Shown here: positions 1 through 12,400 of the stretch, piece after piece
How positions within the stretch are numbered: position 1 is the first letter of the stretch
Layout of the letters: the number at the start of each line of letters is the position of its first letter
From: Camelus dromedarius
Taxonomy: Eukaryota
DNA length: 64,000 nucleotides
Reading direction: 5' to 3'
Assembly (NCBI RefSeq): GCF_036321535.1
Contig: NC_087437.1
Span: 107,262,001-107,326,000 of the forward strand
Notes under the pieces: model-generated
What the model saw: the letters and a program-made list of their open reading frames with translations, nothing else
The model's database searches: none
Told to the model about the DNA's origin: nothing
Made by a program: the position numbers and the translations under genes

Positions 1-212
1 ATTGCTAAGACCTATGTCAGAGTGTTCTGCCTATGTTTTGTTCTAAGAGTTTTATGGTTTCCAGTCTTAATGGTCTTTACTTCATTTTGAGGTTACTTTT
101 ATATGATGTGAGAAGATGTTCTAATTTCATTCTTTTCCATGTAGTTGTTTAGTTTTCCCAACACAACCTGTTGAAGAGGCTGTTTTTTCTTCCATTGTGT
201 ATCCTTGCCTCC
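1..212 (-). mobile_element. LINE-1 ORF2 fragment, cut by window start
   Basis: Antisense L1 ORF2 text (gttctgcctatgtttt...agttttcccaacac...ttgaagaggctg), homologous to 10420-10610 in this window; the minus ORF includes the L1-like MGGKDTQWKK. Confidence 0.85.
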
Positions 213-711
213 CATACATGAACTTTTAAAAACAAAATAGAAGTCTGGGTTCCAGCCACTGAACTTCCAGTGGGACGATTTTTGGTATGTCTTTTCATAA
301 AGTTCCATAAGTGATTTGAACGTGTGGTAGGGGTAGTTGAAAAACAATTCTATAAAGTTGATTGCTTCAAGGGTTACTTAAAGTACACCACTCCCTGCCT
401 CTTAGCCACTGTTGCTTTGTGTCTAAATATTGTATGCCCTCACTCACCTTCATGAGTTTCTGTTAGAACTAGGCATTGTTGGAGAAATAAAGAAGACAAA
501 GACCTTCCGAGTTCACCATTCCATTACTATCTTATAACCAAGCTGAAGCTTTGTAAAGTATGGGCCACTGAGTTGATGCTTCGTTAGACTTTGGTCACAG
601 GGTCTAGGATCCCACTGGGCACCTTCTGTGAAGAGCTTAGAAGAGCTCATAAACTGAGCCTTGGACACAAACTGTAGTAAAAACTGATCAGAATGCTAAC
701 GTTCCCTGCCC

Positions 712-714
<3 letters not shown>

Positions 715-745
<31 letters not shown>
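715..745. repeat. (CA)n microsatellite
   Basis: About 15 perfect CA units. Confidence 0.95.
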
Positions 746-746
<1 letters not shown>

Positions 747-1784
747 GTCACATTACATAGTTATTTCTAAATCCTTCTTACTGGCTCAAATCCACAGTCT
801 AAATGGTCTCACATCCAGGATATTAGAATTAGAGTTAGATCCTCACAAGCTTCCACCATGCTCTGCCTAGCTGGCTAAAATTTCATCAAGACGAAATTAC
901 GAAGGAAAAATGTTAATATGTTCCAAGCACTGCTAAGACACCGTCAACTCTTGCCTCTGGAACAGCATACTAAAAGGGCTAACCACATTGTCCAAGATGA
1001 ATCATATTGGGCCAAGATACACTTTTGGGCCAAGATGCCACTAAGACTGAAACCACAGCTTTTAGCATCCACCATGTCATTCGTATGCCAAACAGACCAC
1101 AAACAGAAGTCAGAGGCTTGACTACTTGCTAAACATTAGCACTAGACTCCATGAATCTTCAATAAATGGACAAAGGAATAAGTAAGTTCTGACCGCCAGG
1201 ACTAATCCAGAAGCTTTTACCTTTGGCAATGTCCAGAAGAGATCGCTCTCACTTTTGCCCAGCAAGATACTTTTAGACTAAATGGATGCACTTAGCCTTG
1301 CAATGATCTGTGTTCTGCTGCCCTTCAAACCAGGCTCAGGTTAAAGTGTGGCAGGTAACTCAGGGCCTTTGACCAATTTCTTCCCGCCAAGTCCCTGACC
1401 AAGGAGACTCTGCTTTCTCTTCCCCTGAAGGGAGTCAAGATACTAGAATCCTATTCTCCCTAATAATGATAGTTTTCTTCCTAAGGATTTAATTTTGGGT
1501 TTACTGTTTCTACAAATTGTGGTATTGAGAGTCTCAGGTCAGAGCAAACAGGTGTCTGATACACATGATTTGCACTCTGTTCTTTTTTTGGCAGAGATGG
1601 GATCTGGAATAATGCCTGCTTGGCAGGCTTCCCAAATTATCTGTTTAGAATTGTTAATAGCAGTTCTGTAAGGAGTGACTGTCTTTAGCCAATAAAAACC
1701 TCACTGATTCAAATCCTTACAAAATAGTAGCCTAGAAGTGCCAGTTATGTGCCACATACAATGGGAGGACAAAATGGTGAATCC

Positions 1785-2363
1785 AAAACAAATGTCCATT
1801 GACAGATGACTGGAAAAAGAAGCTGTGGTATATTTATACAATGGAATACTACTCAGCCATAGAAAGAATACATTAATGCCATTTGCAGCAAGATGGATGG
1901 GCCTGGAGATAGTTATTCTAAGTGAAGTAAGCCAGAAAGAGAAAGAAAAATACCATATGATATCACTCATATGTGGAATATTAGAAAAGAAAAAAAGAAG
2001 ACACTAATGAACTTATCTACAAAACAGAAACAGACACACAGACATAGTAAATAAACACATGGTTACTGGGGGTTGGGGAAAGGGGGTGGGAAGGGATAAA
2101 TTGGGAGTTCGAGATTCACAAATATTAACTACTATATATGAACTAGATAAACAACAAGTTTCTTCTGTATAGCACAAGGAACTATATTCAATATCTTGTA
2201 GTAACATATAATGAAAAAGAATATGAAACAAATATACGTATGTATATGCACGATTGAAGCATTGTGCTGTGCACCACAAATTTACACATTGTAAACTGAC
2301 TATACTTCAATTAAAAAAAGCAAAAAAAGCAAAAAAAAAAAAAAAAAAAAACAGAAAAAAAAA
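1785..2363 (+). mobile_element. 5'-truncated LINE-1 (ORF2 end, 3'UTR, poly-A)
   Basis: ORF2 C-terminal text ([34 protein letters not shown]), a 3'UTR nearly colinear with 41700-42044, and an interrupted A tail of about 50 nt at 2313-2363. Confidence 0.93.
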
Positions 2364-3040
2364 CCAGTGACTCTGCAGTGGACCTTGTCCATACTGAGCC
2401 CACAGTCATGCTTAGAGATAGAAAAGGCACCTAAGTAGACATGAGCAATCATGGTGTCAGTAGGAGGTGAGCGTCCATTGCAATGAGGAATGAGAGGAAG
2501 AGGGTTGCTTTCAGTGGACAGAATCAAGACAGGCTCTATAGAGAAGATGCAAAATTAAAAAAAAAAAAAGATTTTTGGTTTAATTCTCCTCCAAGCATTT
2601 CTTATGAACACCAGAATTATTCCTCTAGGACACTTTTCATTAAAGAGGCAACAATTCCTAAGACAGAAGAATGGAGAAGACCACAAACCCAGACTTAGCC
2701 TTAGGTATATCCACTTCCTAACAGTGCCCAGGCAGGTGGGGTGGGCTCTCTAGGGTAGGTGGCTATGTGATCAATTAGTCCTTTTCTCTCTGTGGACACA
2801 TCTCCCCTGTGATGTCCCTGAGAGCTGGTGTCTGAAGTTCCTTCCTTTGCTCACTTCCCTGTACTGGATAGTTATTTCCTTAGCAGATGGCTTGATTGAA
2901 GCCATTATAAACAATTTGTTGAATCTTGTAAGTAATAATTCCATAAGGGAGACCAACATTTCAGGAAACTCCAGGCACAATTATTCTTCAAGCCTGTCCT
3001 TAATCAGTTTAACATTTGTGGACCAAGAAGTTCCTCAGGC

Positions 3041-3213
3041 CAGTGTTTCTCAAAGACAGACTCTGGGTCATTTCCTATGAAAACAGTTGAGGTACTGTTA
3101 AAAATGCAGATCCCAGAGCCTTACCCCAGGAATCTACTGATACACCTCGAAATCTGAATCTTAAGAGATCCCCTGTTACATTTCTTTTCAAACTAAAAGT
3201 TTGAGAACCTCTA
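3041..3213. mobile_element. MER5A-like hAT-Charlie DNA transposon relic
   Basis: Terminal inverted repeats cagtgtttctcaaa / tttgagaacctct and the internal aaaatgcagatcccagagccttacccca typical of MER5A. Confidence 0.75.
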
Positions 3214-4034
3214 CCTTATTTTATTAAAATTATCAAATGGCAGTGTCATCTTGGGTAGGTCAATTGATTCATTCATGTCTGATATCTGTCATGTCACACA
3301 GGGGTCATTCTGGTTCTGTCTGCATTCCAGGAAGGCTGTGAGGGAAGACATGGAGAGTTTAATGCTATGCAAATATAAGCTATGTATAACTATTGAAGAA
3401 ACCAACATCAGTCCATTATGTTCACCATATTTCTCCCAAGCACTGATTCTCACACCAAAATCTCTCTTAAAAACTAAACATACATAATCATTCACACAAA
3501 CTGTCAGCTTGCCTGAATTCACTTGTGAGTAGCAATGATCCTAATGGAAACATAAAGGAATTAAGGTTTGCTTGTATCATCTTTTCTTTCTGTTGCCACA
3601 GCAACAGAATCCCCCATTCTACTTTCTTAGGTCTGCCCCTCCGGGTGCTTAGACATAATGGTGTTTTTCAGGATGAAAAGCCTTATTAAAGCCTTTTCAC
3701 TGGCTGGAAATATTTTGCCAACAACAGATTCCCTCCTTATGATGCCAACTCGTTAGTCTGATTAAGGAATGTGCACCAGAAACATTCAAACTGTGGCTTT
3801 ATTTTTCCTGGTGGGTAATACCCTTACTTTGTTTCCTAACTTTCTGGTGGTTTTCATGTGCCAAGTCATGAATGTTGTATGAAGGTCGAGTAACTTTTGG
3901 CATTTTTACCATGATGGAGGCTGGCAACTCTACCATCAGCTTCCAGAGAAGGTGAGAACACTGCTAAAAGCTATCATATCTGAAAGAGGAACAGAATCCA
4001 AAGGGCATACACACAGGACTGTGAAAGGAATTGA

Positions 4035-4255
4035 GAAGGAAGGCTTTGGAATCAGATTAATTGGGTCCTGGCTCTACCTTTGTGATGCTGAAATAATGAA
4101 GCTCCTTCACCCCTAAAAAGAATCAATTTTTTCTTTTTAAAAAATCAGGCTAGTAATACTTATCACACAGGTTGTTCTAAAGATTAAATGAGGTGCTTAG
4201 AACAGTAAGTATCTGGTACACAGAAAAAAACTTGAAATGATGAGTATTTTTATTC
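4035..4255 (+). mobile_element. MIR SINE
   Basis: ggctttggaatcaga...cctggctctacc...ggttgttctaaagattaaatgag...gtgcttagaacag matches the MIR core and tail. Confidence 0.7.
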
Positions 4256-5019
4256 TTGCTGAATACTCACAAAAAATCTATTCATAGAAATTATAGACAT
4301 CTGACTTCCACAAGTTCAGAATCTCTAAAATAAGACTTACTAGGAAAACCAAAAAAAACAAAGTTTTGATATCAACAGATATTAGTTTCTACATAGTTTG
4401 GAAGTGTAACATAATAATTATCTAAATTTGGCTCATATCCTGATATTGGAGTCAGATACCCATAGTTTATGGATAGATGGTTTATGAAACAATTTCTGTG
4501 AACTTAATCCATCACAAAACACGAAACCATTAATTTTTGTGTGTGACAACGCTACTTTCAAAAGAATTTTAAAATAAAAAGAAATTTTTTTTACCCGATT
4601 CATCCTCTCCCTGTTTTTGACTTTCTAGTTATAGAAATAAAGCGTTGTTAAGGTGCTGAACATGGCTGTTTTATGGGATAGAGGCATGATTTTATGATGT
4701 CACACTTATTGACAACATAAAACCCTATGTGTGTTCATCCCCTCCCTCACTTTCTTATCAGATTATACACAGAAGATTGGAGTCTAGAACCATGTAGAAT
4801 TCCCATCTTACTTATACTCAAATACAAGTAGCCAATGAAGTGCTTCATTTCTATCCAAAATGCCACTGCCGAGTAGAAATTGAAAGCATTTAGCAATGAA
4901 CATATTTCTACTACTGAGAGAAATTTCCATGTTAACAAAACAATAACAAGTGTCTAGTTAAGTTCACTTCAAATGTATGAACGCCTCATTTTTTAAAGAG
5001 TGAAGTATTAAACTGTGGT

Positions 5020-5560
5020 TGTAACGGGCAAGAACAAACTTGGCTTCATATTGGATCTATTTCTTTAGCGCCAAGCTTTGTGCCCTGCTGTCTGCGCTTA
5101 GTCATGAGGTCTCCGCCCCTTTTAAAGGAATAATGCCTATAGCCGAAATATACAAGATAGCCATTTCTCAAGGCTCTGCCTCCCAGGCTTGACCTTTAGA
5201 GGCCTAACACTTCTTATTCATATAGAAATAAAAAGTTGCAGGACTGAGAATGACATTTGTTTTGTTGTGAGTTTGAAGGAGTACGGTGACCAGACCCAGG
5301 TAGACCACCGCAAGAACCAAGGATTATCACACCCCCCTTGGGGTCTGGCCAGCACCAAGAAGTTTGCAACAGCCTGTCCCCTTTTAGTATAGCAGAAGCC
5401 TGAATTCTAACTAGGGGAAGACCGTTCTTTGGGATACTATTGGCATACTTCTCAGTCTGCTGGCTTTCTGAATAAAGTTGCTATTTCTTGCCACAACACC
5501 TCATCTCTGGATTTATTGGCCTGTCGTGTAGTGAGAAGTACAAGCCTGAACTCAGTAACA
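5020..5560 (+). mobile_element. ERV1-type solo LTR (541 bp)
   Basis: TGTAAC...GTAACA termini, exact 4-bp TSD tggt (5016-5019 and 5561-5564), AATAAA at 5471-5476. Confidence 0.85.
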
Positions 5561-7182
5561 TGGTTATAAAGTTATTGAGAGAAGCCACATTATGACAATT
5601 CAGATCACATTTTGATTTTTTAACTCTGAAGATCCAAATGGGCAAACTCTGTGGTTAATAATTGTCAATTGTAACAATATCCCTAAAAAATATTCTTATC
5701 CTCATTATGTGTTTAACTAAACTGATGATCAGAAACTTCATCATTTGTCCTTAGTCATCCTTGTAGTCAATACCCCAATTCCTTCTGATGCTAAAACAAA
5801 GCTTTCCCTCCACGGCCATGCCACCTCCCTGCTTAGTGAGATGGAGTCAAACAGGGGAACGTTTTTCATGTGGTTTCTGGGAAGGTTCCTGCTCCAAATA
5901 TTCTTTCACCAAATGATTAGGATGCTTGAAATCTCTCCAAAGTATATATATTCCTGTGAGCCTTAGGGGATTTTAATTCATTTAGAGTCTCACACTAAAA
6001 TCCAACTGCCCTTAAGGTTAAAATGAACTTTATTAGCCAACATCCTAACAATTATTGATGAATGGCTTGCCAGAGCTTTTGCGAAGTAGCAGAAAAAAAA
6101 AATGCTGCAGAGGCAAACCAGAGGAATAACAACAACTTGTTACTTTGGTTACTTAGAAATTATGCCTTTTTGGTTGTTGTTTCTGCCCTTCCTGTGCTGC
6201 TTTTGTAACATGGAATTTGAAGAGCAAACTATTTTGCTACAGTGGAACGATTTGTAACATGCACATTTTAGAAGGGCAGTTGGATATTCCCTTTGATGGA
6301 GTGTCTTAAAAGTGGTGGGAAGTGGGCCTTAGGAAATGTTCAATGGTGAACAGATGGCGCTGGCTTGTAACAACCACACGGATCTGGGAATCTGCTCTAT
6401 CTCTAACTCAAGCACAAATGCATTAGTGGTCTGGTGGGTTACAGTGAAGGCTGCTATTATTTTGAAAGGAATAGTCGTTACAATTGTAGGGGTTATGCAT
6501 ATATATGAATATGTGTATTTGTGTGTGCACATCAGCATGTGTTTGAAATCTTAAAGAAAAGATTATATTTACAGATTTTCTGAATATACTGATAAGAGAA
6601 GGGGATCAGAAACAATTATTTGGATGATTCTAACTAAAGCAATACTACTTCAAACAGTTATTCTAAGGTAAAGAAGCAGTTGCCTTAATCCCAGATTCTT
6701 TCATATGTAGACATTCACAATATATGGACTCAATTAATTGTTTTTCAAATGAATTTTTAGTCCCATGATGGATGGTGATGGAAACTTTCATCATAAGCAA
6801 AACATTTTGAAAGAGAATCAAATTTTAAAACTAAACTTCTTTAATAATAATAATAATTTTGGGGTTTGGATTGAAAGAATTCCCACTTGACAGATCTTAG
6901 TGAAAACATTCAGACATGGCTGTTTTGAAAATATCTTGATTTGGTTAAAAATCATAACAATCAATTATATATTTTTTTCAATTTTTGAAGCTTTTACTCT
7001 TTTTTTGGTTTGGTTGTTCAAATTTCCTTTTTCCAGTAAAACTACAGCCATGCCCCCACCCCCACCTCCCCCATGGCAATATCAACTTCCTGTTTCCTGG
7101 AAGGAGCGACTGGTAAAGTCAGGAAGGAGCTGGAATGACAGCACCATGGAGGAGACTTGACCTTCGGTGGACAAAACAATCA

Positions 7183-8040
7183 TTTTTCTTTTTATTTTGA
7201 AATACTTTCAAACTTTCAGAAATGTTGCAAGAATAAAACAGAATTTTTTTTAACCCTTAACCATTTTCCAGTAAATCACTGTTTGATACACCATCACCTC
7301 TGAATACTTTATTGTATAATTTCGACAAAGAAACTCTTCTACACAACCACAACATGGTCATCAAAATTAGAAATTAACACTAATACATGGCTACCGTCTA
7401 ATCCTCAGATCTCATTCAGGCTTCTTCATTTGTCCTATAATGTCCTTTATAGCAAAAGGGATCATTTCAGGATCATGCATTCTGTTTAGCTGTCATGTCT
7501 TTTTAATCTCCTTTAATCTGAAAGAGTAGTCCAGTCTTCCCCTGACTTTCATGACCTTGGCACATTTAAAGATTACAGAAAATTTTTGCTTGTTTTGCCC
7601 CTACTCCCCCCATTTGGGTTTTTCTGATTTTTTTTTTCATGATTAGACTCAGATTTTCCATTTTTGGCAAGAATTTCACAGAAAGTATAATTTGTTCTCG
7701 CAATGCCCTATCAGAAGCTACATAACTCAATTCGTTTCATTACTAGTTATGTTAAATTTGATTACTCTTATGTTAGTTTATTTTAAAGTTACTCTTTTCC
7801 TCTTTGTAATTAAACATTTTATCTGTGTGTATGTGGTGGGGTGGGGTACTTTGAGACTATAAATATTCCATTCTTCATCAAGCTTTCATCCACAGTGTTA
7901 GCATCTGTTGATGTTTCTTGGATTAATTATTTGTTATTCCTGTGATGGCCAAATAGTAACTTCCAAATTCCACCGTTTCTACTAAATTTATTAGTTGCTA
8001 TTCTACTGTGAGAAAAAGTGTTCTCTTTTTTCCCACTTTA
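7183..8040 (-). mobile_element. Old LINE-1 3' end (L1MC/ME-like)
   Basis: Starts ttttattttgaaatactttcaaact...gttgcaagaat and continues with catcaaaattagaaattaacact, typical antisense 3'UTR of ancient L1M subfamilies. Confidence 0.7.
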
Positions 8041-8343
8041 AGTTTTCCCTCTGAGTTGAAGAATGTAGGTTTTTTTTTTCCTTAATTTTTCCCTAAACCA
8101 TGTGGTAGGTTGCTATTGTGAAGGCAGGAACCTTGTTCTTAGTTATAGCAGAATTCCCTGAGGCTCCGATGTATTTGCTGTTGCCCTTTAACACATATGG
8201 GAATGGCAAGGCTTCTTAAGAGTATGGGGATACGTCAATTCTGTAAGGACAATGTGGTTTTTATTGTAGGTTCCATTGCTTCATTTATTTATATTTTCCA
8301 AGTAATAACGCAAATCATACATCGGTAGAGTAAAAAAGTAAAG

Positions 8344-8850
8344 TGTATTAGTTTTCTATACTGTGTAACAAATTGCCACACACTTAAAACAACCCCTGTT
8401 TATTTCTCACAGTTTCTGGAGTGCCACACAGCCTTGCTGGGTTCTCTTGATTCAGAAACTCAGCAGACTGCAATCCAGGTATTGGCTGGAACTGTGGTCT
8501 TATCAGAGGCTGGACTGTTGGGAAACAATATGAGTTTAAGCTCTCTCAGTTTTCTGGTAGAATTCATTTCCTTGCAGTTGTAAGATTAATGGCAGCCAGC
8601 TTCTCCAAAACCAGCATAAAGTAGGGGTGGGGGGAGGGAGGAAGGAGAAGTGGAGAGAGGGAGTCTCTAGAGTGAGTCATCTGGTGAAGAGCTGTAAGTA
8701 ATGTAAAATAATCATAGTAGGAACATCCCTTCCCCTTTGCCTTATTTTATTCTTTAAAAGCAAGTCAGAGTTCCAGCTCATATTCAAGGAGTGGGGCTGT
8801 GAAAAGAAGAAATGAAGATCTTGAGGGCCATCTAAATTCCCACCTCTCCA
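8344..8850 (-). mobile_element. MaLR (MLT1) LTR
   Basis: tgtattagttttctat...gtaacaaattgccaca...cttaaaacaac...tttatttctcacagtttctgg is the reverse complement of the MLT1 3' end. Confidence 0.75.
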
Positions 8851-8959
8851 AAACTTCAGTCTTCAATCCCACTTGTCAGCCTGGACACAAGTGTGCATAA
8901 TTTACCCTGATTTCCTTTGGATCTTTTGTTTGGATATCCACATACACAAATGTATTTTG

Positions 8960-9179
8960 TCTATATTTCTTTTTAGTACTGAATAATATCTCAATGTCTG
9001 GATGTATCACAGTTTGTTAAACCATTCACTTACTGAACGACATCTTGCTTGCTTGCAAGTTTTGGTAATTACGAATAAAGCTGCTATCAACATCCATGTG
9101 CAGGTTTTTTTTTTTTTTTTTAGAGGGTATATCCTCAACTTTTTTTTCATGAATACTAAGGAACATGATTGCTGGGTCC
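8960..9179 (-). mobile_element. LINE-1 ORF2 C-terminal fragment
   Basis: The minus ORF contains KTCTWMLIAALFVITKTCKQARCRSVSEWFNKL, the L1 ORF2p C-terminal motif. Confidence 0.8.
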
Positions 9180-9196
9180 CAAGGTTAAGAGTGTGC

Positions 9197-9485
9197 CCTA
9201 GGAGAAAATCTGTAAAAGTTTTTTGGTTTGATGGTAACTTTTCAGATACAATACCAATGGCAAGATCCATGAAAGAAAGAATTAATAAGCTGAAGTTCTT
9301 TAAAATTTAAAATTTCTGCTCTGTAAAATACACTGTCAAGAGGATAAAAGGACAAGCCACAGACTGGGAGAAAATATTTCCAAAAGGCATAGTTGATAGA
9401 GGACTATGTCCAAAATATACAAAGAACTGTTAAAATTTAATAATAAGAAAACAACCCAATTTTAAAAAAATGAGCCAAGGAACTT
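9197..9485 (+). mobile_element. LINE-1 ORF2 fragment, opposite orientation to both neighbours
   Basis: Sense L1 text: gacaagccacagactgggagaaaatattt...aaaatatacaaagaact...aacaacccaattttaaaaaaatgagcc. Confidence 0.85.
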
Positions 9486-12400
9486 CCCTTCTGGTAACCA
9501 CTAATCTGTTCTCTGTTTCTATGAGTTTGTTTTCATTTGATTTTGTTTGTTCATTTGATTTTTTTTTTTAGATTCCATATATAAGTCAAAAGATACAGCA
9601 TTTATCTTTCTCCACCTGACTTATTTCACTTAGCATTATAACTTCAAGGTCCATCTAGGTTGTCACAAATGGCAGAATTTATTCTTTTATATGGCTGAGT
9701 TGTATTCCATTGTGTATATATACCATATCTTCTTTATCCATTCATCCATTGATGGACACATAGGTTGTTCCTATGTCTTGACTACTGTAAATAATGCTTC
9801 AGTGAACATAGGGGTGCATATCTCTTTTGAATCAGTGCTTTTATGTTCTTCAGATAAATACCTATATGAGGAATAGCTGGGTTATATGGTAGTTCTATTC
9901 TCAATTTTTGAGGAATCTTCATAGCTGCACCAAAATATAATCCCCAGAATGTACAAGGGATTCATTTTCTCTACATTTTCTTCAGCATTTGTAACTTCTT
10001 TTTTTGATAATAGCCATTCTAACAACTGTGAGGTGATATCTCATTAGGGTTTTAATTTGCATTTCCTTAATAATTAGTGATGTTGGACATCTTTTCATGT
10101 GCTTTGTTGGCCACCTGTGTGTCTTCTTTGAAAAATATTTACTCATGTCATTTGTCTATTTATAATTGGATTTTCCGTTTTTTTGATATTGAGTTGTATG
10201 AGTTCTTTATGTATTTTGGATTTTTAACCCCTTGTAGGATATATGATTTGAGAATATCATTTTCCATTTCAGAGGTTATCTTTTCATTTTGATGATGGTT
10301 TTCTTCACTGTGAAGAAGCTTTTTAGTTTGATGTAGTCCCATTTACTTATATTTGCTTTTATTTCCTTTGACTTTAGAGTTAGACACTCAAAAAGTGTTG
10401 CCGTAATTGATATCAATGAAGTTACTGCCTATGTTTTCTTCTAGGAATTTTATGGTTTCAGGTCTTATATGTAAGTCTTTAATCCATTCTGAATTTTTGT
10501 GCATTGTGTAAGATAGTGCTCTAGTTCCATTATTTTGCATGTGACTGTCCAATTTTCCCAACACCATTTATTGAACAGGCTATGCTTTCTTCACTGTATA
10601 TTCTTTGCTCCTTTGTCACAAATTAGTTGTCCATACATGGGTGGATTTATTTCTGTTTTTTCAATTCTGCACCATTGATCTAAATGTCTTTTTTTTGTGC
10701 CAATACCATCCTGTTTTAATTATGATAGTATAGTTTGAAATCAGAAAGAGTGATACATTCAGCTTTGTCCTTTCTGAAGATTGTTTTGGCTATACAAAAT
10801 CTTTTGCAGTTCCACATAAATTTTATAATTATTTGTTCTAGTTCTGTCAAATATGCCCTTGATGTTTTGATAGGATTTGCATTGAATGTGTAGATTGCTT
10901 TTGGTAGTATAGACATTTTAACATTAATTTTTTTCAAGCTGTGAACATGGGTTATCTTTTCATTTGTGTCTGCTCTAATTTTTTTCATCAGTATCTTATA
11001 GTTTTTAGTGTTCAGGACTTTCACCTCCCTAGTTAAATTTATTCCTAGGGAATGTATTCTTTTTGATGCAAGTGCAAATGGGATTGTTTCCTTGATTTCT
11101 CTTTATGATAGTTCACTGTAGTGTCGAGAAACACCACAGATTTCTGATACTGATTTTGTATCTTGCAACTTTACTGAATTTATTTATTAGTTTTAACAGT
11201 TTTTTTTGTGAAATCTTTAGAGTTTTCTCTATATAGTATCATGTCATCTGCAAATAGTGGCAGTTTTTCTTCTTCCTTTCTGATTTGGATAGTTTTATTT
11301 CTTCTTCTTGCTTAATTGCTGTGACTAGGACTTCAATACTATGTTGAATACAAGTAATGACAGTGGGAATTTTTGTCTTTTTCCTGATCTTAGAGGATCT
11401 TAGAGGAAAAGCTTTGAGCTTTTCACATTGCCTGTGGGTTTGCCTTTAGTATGCTGAGTTATTTTCCCTCTATACCCACTTTGTTGAGTTTTTTTAATCA
11501 GAAATGAATGTTGGATTTTGTCAAATTATTTTTCTGCATCTACTGAGATGACTGTGTTTTTATCTTTCATTTTGTTAATGTTATGTATCACATTGATTGA
11601 TTTGTTGATATTGAACCATCCTTGAAGTCCTGGAATAAATCACATGGAATAAATCTATGCTCATCAAGGATACTGGCCTATAATTTTGTTTTTGGTAGTA
11701 TCTGTCTGATTTTGGTATCAGGGTAATATTGGCCTCACAGAATGAGTTTGGAGTGTTTCTTTCTCCTCAGTTTTTTTTTTTTTTTTTTGAATATTTGAGA
11801 AGGATAGATACTAACTCTTCTTTAAATGTTTGGTAGAATTCCCCTGTGAAGCCATCTGGTCCTGGACTTTTGTTTGTTGGGAGTTTTTTGATTACTGATT
11901 CAATTTCATTACTTGTTACAGTCTGATCAGATTGTCTATTTCTTCCTGATTCAATCCTGGAAGATTATGTGTTTCTAGAGATTTACCCATTTCTCCTAGG
12001 TTATTCAGTTCATTGACATATAATTATTTATACTAGTGTCTTTTATGCTTTGTATTTTTGTGATATCAGTTGTAACTTCTTTTTCACCTCTGGTTTTATT
12101 ATTTGAGTCTTCTCTCTTTTTCTCTTGGTTAGTCTAGCTAAAGATTTGCCAATTTTGTTTATCTTTTCTACAAATTAGCTCTTAGTCTCATTGATCTTTT
12201 CTATTTTGTTTTAGTCTCTATTTTATTTATTTCCACTTTGATCTTAATTATTTTCTCCTTTCTACCAATTTTGGGGTTCATTTATTCTTCCTTCTAATTC
12301 CTCTGGGTGTAAAGTTAGATCATTTATTTGAGATCTTTTTTATTTATAGAGGTAGGCTTGTATTGCTGTAAACATCCCTCTTTAAACTTCTTTTGCTGAA

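Noticed and set aside
1007..1036. 12-bp direct repeat ttgggccaagat (similar short duplications near 11390 and 11635)
   Set aside because: Ordinary slippage-type micro-duplications with no array structure.
1771..2373. Possible degenerate TSD for the first plus-strand L1 (aaaatggtgaatc / aaaccagtgactc)
   Set aside because: Four mismatches in 13 bp; two could be CpG decay, but it is too weak to claim.
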